This document shows, one piece after another, positions 63,745-64,000 of a stretch of 64,000 nucleotides of DNA. Location of the stretch: NCBI RefSeq assembly GCF_000150275.1, contig NW_002060956.1, positions 1,827,353-1,891,352 of the forward strand, written 5' to 3'. This DNA comes from Trichoplax adhaerens (Eukaryota; Animalia; Placozoa). The notes under the pieces were generated by a model. The model did not search any database, was not told the origin of the DNA, and saw only the letters and a program-made list of their open reading frames with translations. A program made the translations under genes and the position numbers. Position 1 is the stretch's first letter; the number at the start of each line of letters is the position of its first letter.

Positions 63745-64000
63745 ATGTCTTACTCGCTGTTTCAAGGCAACGACTTTGCAAGATGTTTCTGTTGGATATT
63801 CGCAATTATTGGGATCTTGGGTAATGCCTACATTATAATTTCCTGTTGCACTAAAAAAATAAGTAAAATAGCTCCTAAAAAGAACTCAACGCATCANAAC
63901 AATTCAATTTCAGAGAAATCGACCAAAGTGACGCATTTGTTAGTATGTCAACTAGCCATAGCAGATCTTCTAGGTTGTTTATATCTTTTAATCATTGCGG
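63745..64000 (+). CDS. GPCR 7, 5' part (TM1-TM2), runs off the window
   Basis: MSYSLFQGNDFARCFCWIFAIIGILGNAYIII...KSTKVTHLLVCQLAIADLLGCLYLLIIA. There is an alternative in-frame ATG at 63739. The ORF track missed it because the window contains no stop for it. Confidence 0.9.
   Translation, partial: MSYSLFQGNDFARCFCWIFAIIGILGNAYIIISCCTKKISKIAPKKNSTHXNNSISEKSTKVTHLLVCQLAIADLLGCLYLLIIA

Overview
Eukaryotic (animal) genomic DNA, very AT-rich, with short GT-AG introns. The style fits a compact early-branching metazoan such as a placozoan, which is an inference and not provable from the window. The first ~14 kb is a housekeeping block. It holds the probable last exon of an unidentified + strand gene, a 4-exon BLOC-1 subunit pallidin gene (BLOC1S6, +), a convergent 11-exon METTL25-family methyltransferase (-) and a spliced four-TM membrane protein gene (-). 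From ~16 kb to the end the window is a tandem array of same-strand, essentially intronless rhodopsin-class GPCR genes. Their 7TM cores resemble LGR/RXFP/glycoprotein-hormone receptors, but they start ~10-20 residues before TM1 (no LRR ectodomain) and have unusually long basic ICL1 and glycosylated ECL1 loops. There are five complete 7TM ORFs, one open ORF lacking TM3, one ORF running off the window, one clear pseudogene, one promoter-plus-start relic and several older decayed remnants on both strands. Two families of solo-LTR-like repeats are interspersed, and one copy sits inside TM7 of the pseudogene with a perfect 5-bp target-site duplication. All splice models and alignments were made by eye.
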